Source: a candidate division WOR-3 bacterium (lineage in GTDB: Bacteria > Hydrothermota > Tepidihabitantia > Tepidihabitantales > Tepidihabitantaceae). Taken from it: DNA of 40,521 nt. How positions within the stretch are numbered: position 1 is the first letter of the stretch; the number at the start of each line of letters is the position of its first letter. Where the stretch lies: positions 1 through 40,521 of the forward strand of contig CBFGKH010000012.1 of NCBI GenBank assembly GCA_965649295.1, read 5' to 3'. The position numbers were made by a program, and so were the translations under genes. Shown here in pieces: positions 1 through 8,930 of the stretch. The notes under the pieces were generated by a model. The model did not search any database and was not told the origin of the DNA. It was given only the letters and a program-made list of their open reading frames with translations.

Positions 1-164
1 CGTTCATCCTTCAACGCGAAGTAGCGATGTCCAGACGGATAGACCTTCAGGCCCGAAACTTCACCCGCGACCCAGATATCGCCGAGCCGCTCGCCGAGCA
101 CCGCTGCTGCCAGCCGATTGACCTGACTGACAGTCAGGACCTGCCGACTAAGCGCCGCCTCCAT
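1..164 (-). CDS. xseA: Exodeoxyribonuclease VII large subunit, N-terminal part (runs off the window)
   Basis: Manual translation from ATG at 164: MEAALSRQVLTVSQVNRLAAAVLGERLGDIWVAGEVSGLKVYPSGHRYFALKDE. It matches the XseA OB-fold motif (lTVS.l...iwV.GEvS......SGH.YF.LKD). Not in the ORF track. Confidence 0.9.
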   Translation of the reverse strand, partial: MEAALSRQVLTVSQVNRLAAAVLGERLGDIWVAGEVSGLKVYPSGHRYFALKDE

Positions 165-268
165 CCTACTTCCCGCCGCTACTTCTACCTGCCATTGGTG
201 ATAAGACTACTTTCGGTCTGCACCTCGACTCCGCGTCGTTCTCTTTGCCCTTGGTGGTCTCCCAATCG

Positions 269-1123
269 CTACTTCTTCGAGTAGTCGTAGAAACCACGGC
301 CGGTCTTGCGACCAAGCCAGCCGGCTGCCACCATTCGACGCAGCAACGGGCAGGGCCGATACTTATCATCGCCCAGGTCCCGGTGCAGCACCGAGAGAAT
401 CGCCAGACAGACATCAAGACCAATCAGGTCGGCCAGTGCCAGCGGCCCCATCGGATGATTCATACCGAGCTTCATAACGCCGTCAATTGCCTCGCGGTCG
501 GCTACGCCTTCAGCCAGACAGTAGATAGCCTCGTTGATCATCGGCAACAGCACCCGGTTGGAGACGAACCCGGGCGAGTCGTTGACCACGATCGGTGTCT
601 TGCCCAGTCGCTTAGTGAGCTCAACAATCTCAGCAACTACTGCCTCGTCGGTGGTCAGCGCCCTGACTACTTCAACCAGTTGCATCAGCGGTACCGGGTT
701 CATGAAGTGCATACCCAGTACCCGAGTCGGACGCTTGGTCGCACCAGCAAGCTCGGTCACCGAGATTGTTGAAGTGTTGGTGGCAAGAATTGCCTGCGCT
801 TCACAGACCTGATCAAGCTTTTGGAAAAGCTCACGCTTGACATCCAGGTTCTCAATCACCGCCTCCACCACGAGACCACAAGGGTTGACCGCTCCCAGCT
901 CAAGACTGGTTTTCACTCGCGCCAGCGCCGCCGCCGCCGCATCTGCGGTCATTCGCTCCTTCTCGACGAGCTTGTTAAGCGATGAACGGATGGTGCCAAG
1001 TCCACGGTCAAGAAAACGCTGCTCGACATCGACCAGTACAACCTCGTGACCTGTCGCCGCAAACACCTGAGCTATGCCCGCGCCCATCGTGCCGGCGCCG
1101 ATAACTCCAACGCTACTGTTCAT
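269..1123 (-). CDS. hbd: 3-hydroxybutyryl-CoA dehydrogenase
   Basis: 284 aa with GAGTMG Rossmann motif, [28 protein letters not shown] and HPMGPL.LAD.IGLD. AGGAGG lies upstream. Confidence 0.93.
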   Translation of the reverse strand: MNSSVGVIGAGTMGAGIAQVFAATGHEVVLVDVEQRFLDRGLGTIRSSLNKLVEKERMTADAAAAALARVKTSLELGAVNPCGLVVEAVIENLDVKRELFQKLDQVCEAQAILATNTSTISVTELAGATKRPTRVLGMHFMNPVPLMQLVEVVRALTTDEAVVAEIVELTKRLGKTPIVVNDSPGFVSNRVLLPMINEAIYCLAEGVADREAIDGVMKLGMNHPMGPLALADLIGLDVCLAILSVLHRDLGDDKYRPCPLLRRMVAAGWLGRKTGRGFYDYSKK

Positions 1124-1159
1124 TACCTTACCTCCTGATAACTGCAGACACTCACACCT

Positions 1160-1187
1160 AACTTAGCCTGGTGCTAACCGGTGTCAA
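1160..1187 (-). promoter_or_regulatory. Candidate sigma70 promoter for hbd-xseA
   Basis: Minus strand TTGACA-16 nt-TAAGTT upstream of the hbd SD. The -10 element is imperfect. Confidence 0.45.
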
Positions 1188-1212
1188 GGCAGGCCGCTGC
1201 GCCGGCAAGCAG

Positions 1213-1249
1213 TGGCGGGCGGGTGCCCGTCGGCGCCGCCCGCCCGCCA
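1213..1249 (-). terminator. GC-rich stem-loop downstream of the C25 gene
   Basis: tggcgggcggg ... cccgcccgcca forms an 11-bp inverted repeat just after the stop at 1264. There is no clear U-tract. Confidence 0.55.
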
Positions 1250-1263
1250 GCAGGATAGTGCGA

Positions 1264-4200
1264 CTAACGCGCGAAGACGACCTTCCGACTTAGGGTGCCG
1301 TCCGCGCTCTCCAGACGATAGCAGTAAACTCCACGGGCAACCGGCTGCCGCTGTCCGTTACTGCCGTCCCACTGAACAGTGTGGGAACCAGCCTCGACGA
1401 CCCGATCCACCAGCTCAACAACCTGCCGACCAGCCATATCAAACACCGCCAGCCGGACGTGCATCCGCCGCGGCACCGCATAACTGATAGTCGTTGACAA
1501 CCGGAACGGGTTGGGTCCGCTCTCACCAAAGGAAAGCTTGACCGGTGTCACTACTTCCACTCGCTCATCATTCAAACCAGTCCGCGGCAGCGGAGGATTG
1601 GTCGTGTACTTGATCGCCATCCCGGCTCCAATCGTAGCAGCACCACGGTGATAGGTCTGATCGAAAAGGCAGGTGATTCCAACTGTTGACTGCGGATTTT
1701 CGATGCCGACGGTATTGCTGGAATAGCCATTGGCCGTGAGATACTGAGTGACAATCACATTATCGCCAGTCACCGTATAGACCGATGTGTCATAGATAAT
1801 CACCTGGAACCAATCAAAGACGCTTCTTGCCGAGTAGTAAGACATCGAGTCCCACTGCACCACAAAACGGTGATTGGCAGCATCGTGATAGTACCAGACG
1901 CCGTTACTCGTCGGCGGATAGAGGTCATCCCAGTTGACGGCAACGATGCCAGGACTGGCAGCATCAGGCAACCGGGCGTTCGTGTAGGTTGATGCGGTTG
2001 TCGAACCCGGCGCCACCCAGCCGTTACCGCAGATTGATATCTGGTTGAAGGACTGGCCGTAGTAACGCCAGGGACCAAAGCCGGTCGGCAAGCTCACCGT
2101 CTGCGTCTGGTCGTCGCTCAGAGTCAGCCGAGTGCCGACCCCTACGATATTCACCCACGAGAAGACCGGTGCTTCGCTGTAGAAGACGTCGGTTACGTCA
2201 TAGGCATAGTACCGCGGCGCCACTCCTGGACTGTCGGGAATCGGGTCCACGGTACGAATCACACCAATGTCCAGCATAAAGACAGTGCGCGTCACGAGAG
2301 CACCGGTCGTGACAAGTAGCGTGCAGGGCACCTGTGTCTCGCGGGGAATGGCTGCGCTGGCCAGCACGCGGAATCGGTCGCCATCGTTCGTCCCCAGTGT
2401 CTCCCGAGGAATGTCGCCGAAGGCGCCAAGTGAATCGAGAACTGTCAGCCGCGCATCACCGGCACGCAACACCGCAGTCACGCCATAGGCATTGCCAAGC
2501 CCGTTGTTGCGCAGCGTGACTATCAAATCGCCACTTTCGGATGGCTCAATCATGCCGTTGCCATTGCCACCTGGCGCTGGGTCGTCGGCCCTAACCAGGA
2601 CAAACTCCAGTCGCGGGGCACCAACCGTCAGTGTCACCGGCGAGACCCAGACCGAATCACTGGCATCGCGGCATTCCAAGCTGAACCGCACCACATAACC
2701 GTTCGTGCACGTTCCGGCAATCTCAAAACCAAATCCCAGCGCCCCAGAGTAGCTCGAATCCCCAGCCGGGATATTACCGAACTGCCGCACTGAGTCGGTT
2801 ATTGTCACCCGCGGATCAGCCGACCGCAGTCTTGCCGTAACCCCTACTGCCGTGGCGCTGCCCCAGTTCTTCAACCAGACCGGCAGGTTGATCGTCTCAC
2901 CTGGGTTGGGGATGCCGTCGCCGTTGCCAGCGGCATCATCAACCACATGACGCAGATACATCACATAGGCACCAGACGATGGCAGAGCCAGAATCGAACC
3001 AAGGTGTGGCGCAAGATTATGCCCAGTAACCGTAATCAGCACTGTGTCCGGCCGCAGGGTTGTCAGCCCAAGACTCGCAACCCCAGCCGCATTGGTATAG
3101 CCGACGGCCCGGACTGTCGAGTCGCTCACCGACATCGCACAGACGAGCGCACCCCGAACCGGACTCCCCTGAGCAGTCACCCCGACCTCAAGTGGAAAGG
3201 CGCCGACCGGGATCACCGGCGGATACGCAACCGTCAGCTCCCGCGGCTCCAGTGAATAGACATCAACCGCACCGTCACCCATCAGGTTGTACATCTCAAG
3301 ATAGCGACGGGTCATGCTGGTGTTGCCCATCTGCTGGAAGTATATCAACTTGGCTTTGTTGAACCCGCCCATAATCCATGTGAAGGCTGAGTCAAACATG
3401 CAGTCGAATACTCGCCGCTCCAGCGTATCGTCCTCGGTCCAATAGGAGTTCACCGACGAAGCGATGTGCGCCAGCGCTCCCCGCCGACCGTTGCGAATCC
3501 AGGCCTCAGAAAAACACTCGGGATAGCTGGTTGAAGCATAGTTGCCCGAAACACAGGCGTACGTCTGCACATAGGGAATCAGGTCAACATTGGTCAGGGC
3601 TCGAACATCGTTATTGTCGAAATCAGGATCAGCCCAAGATGTCTCGCTACCGTGTCCCGAATAGGTCACCCACGATCGGCCACCATTGATGGCGGTGACA
3701 ATCGGTGTCCCCGAGCCATAGTAAAGCCAGAGTGAGTCACAAACAATTCCCAGCGGCCGCAGCTTGTTCATCACATAGGTATGAGTCCGTTCTGCCACTT
3801 GGTGATTGCCACCATCCGACGAGGCGATGAAGTACTGCTTCTTCAGCCAGGCAGTACCGCCAGTGAGGGTTCGCTGTTCGTAGGCGACCACCCTGGCAAC
3901 GAAGCTGTCCACCTGGGCAGCCGAAACCAGCGAGGCTCGACTAACATCAATATCAGGCAGATAGTCAGTACCCTGGACCAGCGCGTAGTCCAGGTCGGTA
4001 TTCGGGTTACCCTGTCCTTGGCCGGTAAAATAACCAATCCTATCAACATCACCAACTAGCAGAACAAAGCTCGGTGGTACCGGCCAAGTGTTATAGGCGT
4101 TCTGGATGTAGTTCTTGATCACGGTTGCCGAGCTACCGCCGACCTGGGTTAGCGTGCGGACAAAGACATCGAACCCACGCCGTGTTCGCCAAGCAGCCAG

Positions 4201-4920
4201 CGGCCGGATATTAGGCTCCCAGGCATCCGGGACAATGATCAGGTACCCAATCGGCAGGGTCATCTCCGCATCGGTTGCGAACCGCTCTGCCCCATCCACC
4301 ACCCCAACCAGCCGTCCAGCAAAAGCCGGCGACGCATAGCGCTGATGCATCGACCGAGTTGTTGCCCAGTCCGCATCCTCCCAGCGCAGCCGTACAGTCA
4401 TCTGTGTTGCCACCTGGAGTTCATTGCGGCGTGAGTTATAGCTCACCGGCAGAATCTCAACGACCGCAAGGCGGTGGCCTCGAACCTCAACGAACTCCAC
4501 GATTCTCGCGCCCAGCTCGTTTGTCGGCTTGTCAGCGCTGTAGGCATCAGCAGCGAAAGCAAACGCGGGCATCGGCCCTGACTTCGGAACTGACGGCTGA
4601 ACTGGCAACAGCGGCGCTGAAAGATTCAACACTGTCGTGGACTGAACGTCCGCCACGATCGAGACAGTTCCACCATACGGCACTTCGACCAGCCGCCGCA
4701 GCACCGGTACCTGGGGCTCACCCACTCCAGCGCTGACACCGGCTCCGGGCAGCGTCAGCAACTGAAACTGACCCAGGTCAGTAGCGACCGTTGACAGAGA
4801 ATAGTTGTCAGTAGAAAAGGTGTAGCTGCCGCCGTCAGGCAGGTTCGTCCACTGCAGATTCTCTCCTGCAACCGCCAGCGTCGCCAGCACGCCAAAGAAC
4901 AACGACCACTTACGATACAT
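1264..4920 (-). CDS. Secreted gingipain-like C25 cysteine peptidase (propeptide + C25 + large C-terminal module + FlgD/T9SS-type CTD)
   Basis: Signal peptide MYRKWSLFFGVLATLAVA; propeptide GEPQVP; YLIIVP and VLLVGD; catalytic TYSGHG and YACVSG; CFSEAW; YNLMGD; C-terminal PNPF...VRLAVFDMAGRQV...WDG...GVYCYRLE...RKVVFAR. Start moved to ATG 4920 (AGGAGG at 4925-4930). Confidence 0.88.
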   Translation of the reverse strand: MYRKWSLFFGVLATLAVAGENLQWTNLPDGGSYTFSTDNYSLSTVATDLGQFQLLTLPGAGVSAGVGEPQVPVLRRLVEVPYGGTVSIVADVQSTTVLNLSAPLLPVQPSVPKSGPMPAFAFAADAYSADKPTNELGARIVEFVEVRGHRLAVVEILPVSYNSRRNELQVATQMTVRLRWEDADWATTRSMHQRYASPAFAGRLVGVVDGAERFATDAEMTLPIGYLIIVPDAWEPNIRPLAAWRTRRGFDVFVRTLTQVGGSSATVIKNYIQNAYNTWPVPPSFVLLVGDVDRIGYFTGQGQGNPNTDLDYALVQGTDYLPDIDVSRASLVSAAQVDSFVARVVAYEQRTLTGGTAWLKKQYFIASSDGGNHQVAERTHTYVMNKLRPLGIVCDSLWLYYGSGTPIVTAINGGRSWVTYSGHGSETSWADPDFDNNDVRALTNVDLIPYVQTYACVSGNYASTSYPECFSEAWIRNGRRGALAHIASSVNSYWTEDDTLERRVFDCMFDSAFTWIMGGFNKAKLIYFQQMGNTSMTRRYLEMYNLMGDGAVDVYSLEPRELTVAYPPVIPVGAFPLEVGVTAQGSPVRGALVCAMSVSDSTVRAVGYTNAAGVASLGLTTLRPDTVLITVTGHNLAPHLGSILALPSSGAYVMYLRHVVDDAAGNGDGIPNPGETINLPVWLKNWGSATAVGVTARLRSADPRVTITDSVRQFGNIPAGDSSYSGALGFGFEIAGTCTNGYVVRFSLECRDASDSVWVSPVTLTVGAPRLEFVLVRADDPAPGGNGNGMIEPSESGDLIVTLRNNGLGNAYGVTAVLRAGDARLTVLDSLGAFGDIPRETLGTNDGDRFRVLASAAIPRETQVPCTLLVTTGALVTRTVFMLDIGVIRTVDPIPDSPGVAPRYYAYDVTDVFYSEAPVFSWVNIVGVGTRLTLSDDQTQTVSLPTGFGPWRYYGQSFNQISICGNGWVAPGSTTASTYTNARLPDAASPGIVAVNWDDLYPPTSNGVWYYHDAANHRFVVQWDSMSYYSARSVFDWFQVIIYDTSVYTVTGDNVIVTQYLTANGYSSNTVGIENPQSTVGITCLFDQTYHRGAATIGAGMAIKYTTNPPLPRTGLNDERVEVVTPVKLSFGESGPNPFRLSTTISYAVPRRMHVRLAVFDMAGRQVVELVDRVVEAGSHTVQWDGSNGQRQPVARGVYCYRLESADGTLSRKVVFAR

Positions 4921-5053
4921 CAAGCCTCCTAATGTGACAGCAGCCCGCGCTGCCTCTACGCCAATGGGCTCACCGACCTCGGGAGCCGGACTAGTTTGTC
5001 ATTGTGGGTGGCGGTGGCCTCACACCGCTGCCCGCAGATGTCCTAACACTATA

Positions 5054-5082
5054 ATTATAGTGTCTTGGTCGATTCCGGTCAA
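5054..5082 (-). promoter_or_regulatory. Sigma70 promoter of the C25 gene, -10 embedded in an 18-bp palindrome
   Basis: Minus strand TTGACC-17 nt-TATAAT. The palindrome acactataattatagtgt lies at 5046-5063. Confidence 0.75.
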
Positions 5083-5150
5083 ACAGGATAGGTCATTCCC
5101 GCTTCTCCTCCTCCGGCTCCTCTGGTAACTGTCCTATGAGCTCGAGACCA

Positions 5151-5281
5151 GCTTTTCTATGCCTTTCTACCCTTGGTGGTTTTGGCGGCAGCCCACTTCG
5201 ACTTTGTGTCTTAGTGCCCTTGGTCGCGAACCTTCCCTTGATTCTAGACTTACTTTTCCCTCAGTAACCCTGGTGGCAAGA
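5151..5281. repeat. Cluster of three degenerate copies of a dispersed 'gtgtcttagtgcccttggtggcaag'-like repeat
   Basis: ctacccttggtggttttggcggca (~5167-5190), ctttgtgtcttagtgcccttggtcgcgaa (5202-5230) and cagtaaccctggtggcaaga (5262-5281). Confidence 0.6.
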
Positions 5282-5304
5282 ACGGCAGCATAGAGTCGTG
5301 AGGT

Positions 5305-5333
5305 TTGACAATCACTAGTTGCCTGCCTACTAT
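5305..5333 (+). promoter_or_regulatory. Sigma70 promoter of alr (probably leaderless)
   Basis: TTGACA-17 nt-TACTAT, then 6 nt, then ATG 5340. No SD. Confidence 0.7.
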
Positions 5334-5339
5334 GCCCCA

Positions 5340-6524
5340 ATGGACTACGGCCGAATCTGGGCTGAGATTGACCTTGATGCATTCGAGCAGAACCTTACCG
5401 AGCTGCGGCGACTCGCCGGAACCTGTCGCTTACTACTCGCAGTCAAGGCTGAAGCCTACGGGCACGGGCTGACCGAGATTGCGAAGGCAGCAGCAGCTAA
5501 GGTAGACATGATGGGTGTCGCCAGTGTTGAAGAAGGAATCAGCATCCGTCGGGCTGGTATTGCTACCCCAGTGCTCATTCTCTCACCGGTCCCTGATGTC
5601 GACATCCCGGCCCTCTTTGAACACCAACTGACACCCGCAGTGAGCGAGTCGGCGTTCGCCGAACGACTTGCGGAAGAGGCGTCGCACCGTCACACCACAA
5701 TCGGACTGCACGTCGAGGTTGACACCGGCATGGGCCGCACCGGCATTGACTGCAGTGAAGCCGCTGCCTTCATCAGTAGGCTGGTTCAGCTGCCTGGCAT
5801 ACGCGTCGAGGGAATCTTCACCCACTTTCCTGCTGCCGACTCAGATATCGAGTTCTCCCAGCACCAGCTCGAGCTGTACGCCGAGCTGCAGCAACAACTT
5901 GAAAAGCTAGGTGTTGGCAAATTCCTCCGCCATGCGGCCAATAGCGCTGGGCTGTTGAATATCGCTGGCTCCCGCCTCGACCTGGTACGACCGGGGCTCA
6001 TCGCCTATGGAGTTCTGCCCGACTCCTATCATTCCGGTCAACGCCAGACCAACATCAAGGTGAAACCAGTGATGAGTCTACGCTCGAGGATTGTCAATCT
6101 GCGGCGAATTCCTGCCGGTCGTTCAATCGGCTACGAACGTTCGTACTTCACAAGGCGCAACTCGCTGATTGCCGTCATCACTGCCGGCTACGGTGACGGC
6201 TACCCCTGGTCGTTACGCAACCGTGGTGCCGCAATCGTTCGCGGCCGCCGCGCTCCCATAGTCGGCAGTGTCTGTATGGACCTGACCATGCTCGACGTGA
6301 CCGACATACCCGAAGTTAGCCTCGGCGACTCAGTGACCCTGCTCGGCACAGCCGAAAAGGAGACAATCACTGCGAACGAACTGGCTGAATGGGCGGGAAC
6401 GATTCCGTATGAGATAATCTGCCGTGTCAGCCCGCGTGTCCCGCGGATCTACCTGCGGGACAATAAGGTCGTTTCGGTGCGAACCCTGCTTGGTTACGCC
6501 CATGATGACTGGCAACACGACTGA
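5340..6524 (+). CDS. alr: Alanine racemase
   Basis: WAEIDL, PLP-lysine motif AVKAEAYGHG, VDTGMGR, FTHF, HAANS, VRPG, IGY, GYGDG, VCMD and TIPYE. Start re-assigned to ATG 5340. Confidence 0.96.
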   Translation: MDYGRIWAEIDLDAFEQNLTELRRLAGTCRLLLAVKAEAYGHGLTEIAKAAAAKVDMMGVASVEEGISIRRAGIATPVLILSPVPDVDIPALFEHQLTPAVSESAFAERLAEEASHRHTTIGLHVEVDTGMGRTGIDCSEAAAFISRLVQLPGIRVEGIFTHFPAADSDIEFSQHQLELYAELQQQLEKLGVGKFLRHAANSAGLLNIAGSRLDLVRPGLIAYGVLPDSYHSGQRQTNIKVKPVMSLRSRIVNLRRIPAGRSIGYERSYFTRRNSLIAVITAGYGDGYPWSLRNRGAAIVRGRRAPIVGSVCMDLTMLDVTDIPEVSLGDSVTLLGTAEKETITANELAEWAGTIPYEIICRVSPRVPRIYLRDNKVVSVRTLLGYAHDDWQHD

Positions 6525-6771
6525 CAATCCGACAGCTGCTAGCTTCAGCTCGTTAATCATCAGCATCGCCGCCACTGCCCTAGCTTATCTCGGGCACGGT
6601 AACCTGCCGGGCACCGACAAAGTCGAGAAGAACCTCGACCTCGCCCGTCAGGCCATTGACACGATCGCGATGCTCAAGGTCAAGACCGAAGGCAACCGCA
6701 CACCCGAAGAGACCAAACTGATTGATGAGCTGCTCTTCCAGCTCCGGGCGGAATACGTGCGGGCGTCCTGA
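6502..6771 (+). CDS. DUF1844-family protein
   Basis: FSSLIISIAATALAYLG...LDLARQAIDTIAMLKVKTEGNRTPEETKLIDELLFQLRAEYV fits the DUF1844 pattern from memory. Start is ATG 6502 or 6505, overlapping the alr end. Confidence 0.8.
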   Translation: MMTGNTTDNPTAASFSSLIISIAATALAYLGHGNLPGTDKVEKNLDLARQAIDTIAMLKVKTEGNRTPEETKLIDELLFQLRAEYVRAS

Positions 6772-6792
6772 CCGATAGCCACAATCAGCATC

Positions 6793-6820
6793 TTGACACT
6801 AGGTGACTGCCGACTATCTT
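6793..6820 (+). promoter_or_regulatory. Candidate sigma70 promoter of plsY-gpsA-merR
   Basis: TTGACA-16 nt-TATCTT, 8 nt before ATG 6829. No SD. Confidence 0.55.
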
Positions 6821-6828
6821 GAGCTCGA

Positions 6829-7443
6829 ATGACTGCCGACCTTACTAGAGTTGTCAGCTCGCTGCTTGCCGGTTTCGTGTTCGGCTCAATCCCCTTCGGC
6901 CTGCTGATCAGCAAATCACGTGGCATTGACATCCGTCAGCACGGCTCGGGCAATATTGGTTTTACCAATGCCCTCCGGACCCTGCCCTGGCCCTGGGCCT
7001 TGGCGGTCCTTCTGCTCGATATTGCTAAAGGCGCACTGCCGGTCGCCTTGGCACCAAGATTTGGGCTCCTGACAGCGCTCGTCGGCAGCGGTGCAGTCCT
7101 TGGCCACGTGCTAACGCCCTGGCTCGGGTTCCGCGGTGGTAAGGGCGTTGCCACCGCCATCGGCGTCGCTGCCATACTCACCCCACGCAGCCTGCTGCCG
7201 GCCATGGCCCTATACCTCGGGCTGTTACTTCTCGCCGGCATCGTCTCACTCGCGTCTCTGTCCCTCGCCGTGTCATTGCCTCTGCTCACCACCGTAATCT
7301 ACCCCCGCGACTGGCAGCTGCTCGGCTTCACCCTCACCACTGGCATCATCATCCTCCTCAGACATCGCTCCAACATCACCCGTCTCGCGGCCCGAACCGA
7401 GCCCCGCCTGAACATATGGCTGCGTCTGTTCCGCCGACAATGA
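6829..7443 (+). CDS. plsY: Glycerol-3-phosphate acyltransferase (acyl-phosphate dependent)
   Basis: GSIPFG, DIRQHGSGNIGFTNALR, DIAKG, GH..TPWLGFRGGKGVAT and RHRSNITRL. Multi-TM protein adjacent to gpsA. Confidence 0.95.
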   Translation: MTADLTRVVSSLLAGFVFGSIPFGLLISKSRGIDIRQHGSGNIGFTNALRTLPWPWALAVLLLDIAKGALPVALAPRFGLLTALVGSGAVLGHVLTPWLGFRGGKGVATAIGVAAILTPRSLLPAMALYLGLLLLAGIVSLASLSLAVSLPLLTTVIYPRDWQLLGFTLTTGIIILLRHRSNITRLAARTEPRLNIWLRLFRRQ

Positions 7444-8528
7444 AAAAGACGATTGGTAGTAACGAATCCTCTCCGTCAACTGGCCCGCACCCGTCTCCCT
7501 CATCGTGCCTTGGCACCTTTGATGGCAAGAAACGAACTATCGGATTCTTGGGAGCTGGACGCTGGGCCCTCACCCTCGCCGTCCATCTCGACGCCATCGG
7601 CTTCCATGTCACCCTCTGGGAAACAGAGTCAGCTGCCCTCCAGCGACTCCAGTCCACCCGTTCGCATCCAGACCTGCCACCATCTTTCGCTCTGCCCAGC
7701 TCAGTCAAAGTGACTGACTCCCTAACCGACACCCTTGCCGACGCTACGATACTCGTCTTCGCCGTGCCATCAGCAGCGCTCGCAGCCGTTGCCCAAGCTG
7801 CGGCTCAACACAACCAAACCTGTCAAACGATTGTCACCGTGACCAAAGGCCTCGAGCCACAGACCCAGGAACGGCTCTCCTGCATACTGCAGCAGGCATT
7901 CCCACAAGTACCGGTCGTAGTTCTTGCCGGCCCCGGCATACCATATGCCATGGCTGCTGGTGACCCAACATCACTGGTCGCCGCTTCCCAGAACGAGATA
8001 GCTGCTGAAGTTATTCGTGACACATTCACTGGCGGGAATCTACGCGTTTACTCACACAATGACGTCGCCGGCGTCGAACTCGGGGCAGCCCTCAAGAACG
8101 TCATAGCCATCGCTGCTGGCGTTGCCGACGGCCTTGGCCTCGGCATCAACGCCAAGGCCGCACTACTCACCCGTGGCTTGGCCGAGATAATGCGACTCGG
8201 CCAGGCACTCAACACCAACCCCCTCACCTACGCCGGCCTGACCGGCATAGGTGACCTGATTGTCACTGCTTTTTCCGAGTATTCACGAAACCACCGACTC
8301 GGCCAGTACATCGGTCAAGGTACGACACCAGCCGATGCCCTGCGCCGCCTAAACGGCGTAGCCGAAGGTGCAGTGACCTGCCGGTCAGCCCGCACGCTGG
8401 CCGCCAGGCACAACATCGAGATGCCAATCACCGAAGAAGTCTACCAACTTCTATATGCTGCGGCGGCGCCGCGAGAATCGCTAGCCCGACTGCTTGGTCG
8501 CCGACCCAAACCAGAGGTCTGGAGATGA
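7440..8528 (+). CDS. gpsA: NAD(P)H-dependent glycerol-3-phosphate dehydrogenase with a repeat-derived N-terminal extension
   Basis: GAGRW, AVPS, TKGLE, LAGP, GVELGAALKNVIAIAAG, GIGDLIVT, SRN, EG and EMPI. ATGA overlap with the plsY stop. Confidence 0.93.
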   Translation: MKKTIGSNESSPSTGPHPSPSSCLGTFDGKKRTIGFLGAGRWALTLAVHLDAIGFHVTLWETESAALQRLQSTRSHPDLPPSFALPSSVKVTDSLTDTLADATILVFAVPSAALAAVAQAAAQHNQTCQTIVTVTKGLEPQTQERLSCILQQAFPQVPVVVLAGPGIPYAMAAGDPTSLVAASQNEIAAEVIRDTFTGGNLRVYSHNDVAGVELGAALKNVIAIAAGVADGLGLGINAKAALLTRGLAEIMRLGQALNTNPLTYAGLTGIGDLIVTAFSEYSRNHRLGQYIGQGTTPADALRRLNGVAEGAVTCRSARTLAARHNIEMPITEEVYQLLYAAAAPRESLARLLGRRPKPEVWR

Positions 8529-8854
8529 ACAAAGAGAAGTACTACAGCCTGACTCAGACCTGCGAGCGCCTGAAGGTGCCGCCCTATGTGCTTCGTTACT
8601 GGGAACGCGAGTTCGAAATCAAGGTCAAACGCAACTCTGCCGGCCGACGCATCTACTCACAGAGCCAGCTCGACCAACTCGCAACCATCAAACGACTGCT
8701 GCACGAGGAGAAGCTTACGATCAAGGGTGCCCGCCGGCGGCTGGCGCAGCAAAGTAACCAGTCAAGTCAGCCTCCAAGCGCCACTGACCTTCGCACCCAA
8801 CTCGCCACAATCAAGAACGAACTTCGGGCAATCCGGGCACTACTCGAACCTTAG
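8525..8854 (+). CDS. MerR-family HTH transcriptional regulator
   Basis: YYSLTQTCERLKVPPYVLRYWEREF...RN.AGRRIY...IKRLLHEEKLTIKGAR. ATGA overlap with gpsA. Confidence 0.88.
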   Translation: MNKEKYYSLTQTCERLKVPPYVLRYWEREFEIKVKRNSAGRRIYSQSQLDQLATIKRLLHEEKLTIKGARRRLAQQSNQSSQPPSATDLRTQLATIKNELRAIRALLEP

Positions 8855-8930
8855 TTACCTTTCCTACCCCTGTTTCGTTCTAAATGCTGTTTCTACCCTC
8901 GGTGGCAGAACCTTGCCTGGCCGCCGCTGC

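Noticed and set aside
166..195. Mini-ORF MAGRSSGGK ending 1 nt before the xseA start
   Set aside because: Too short, no SD, and it overlaps a repeat remnant. There is no evidence of translation.
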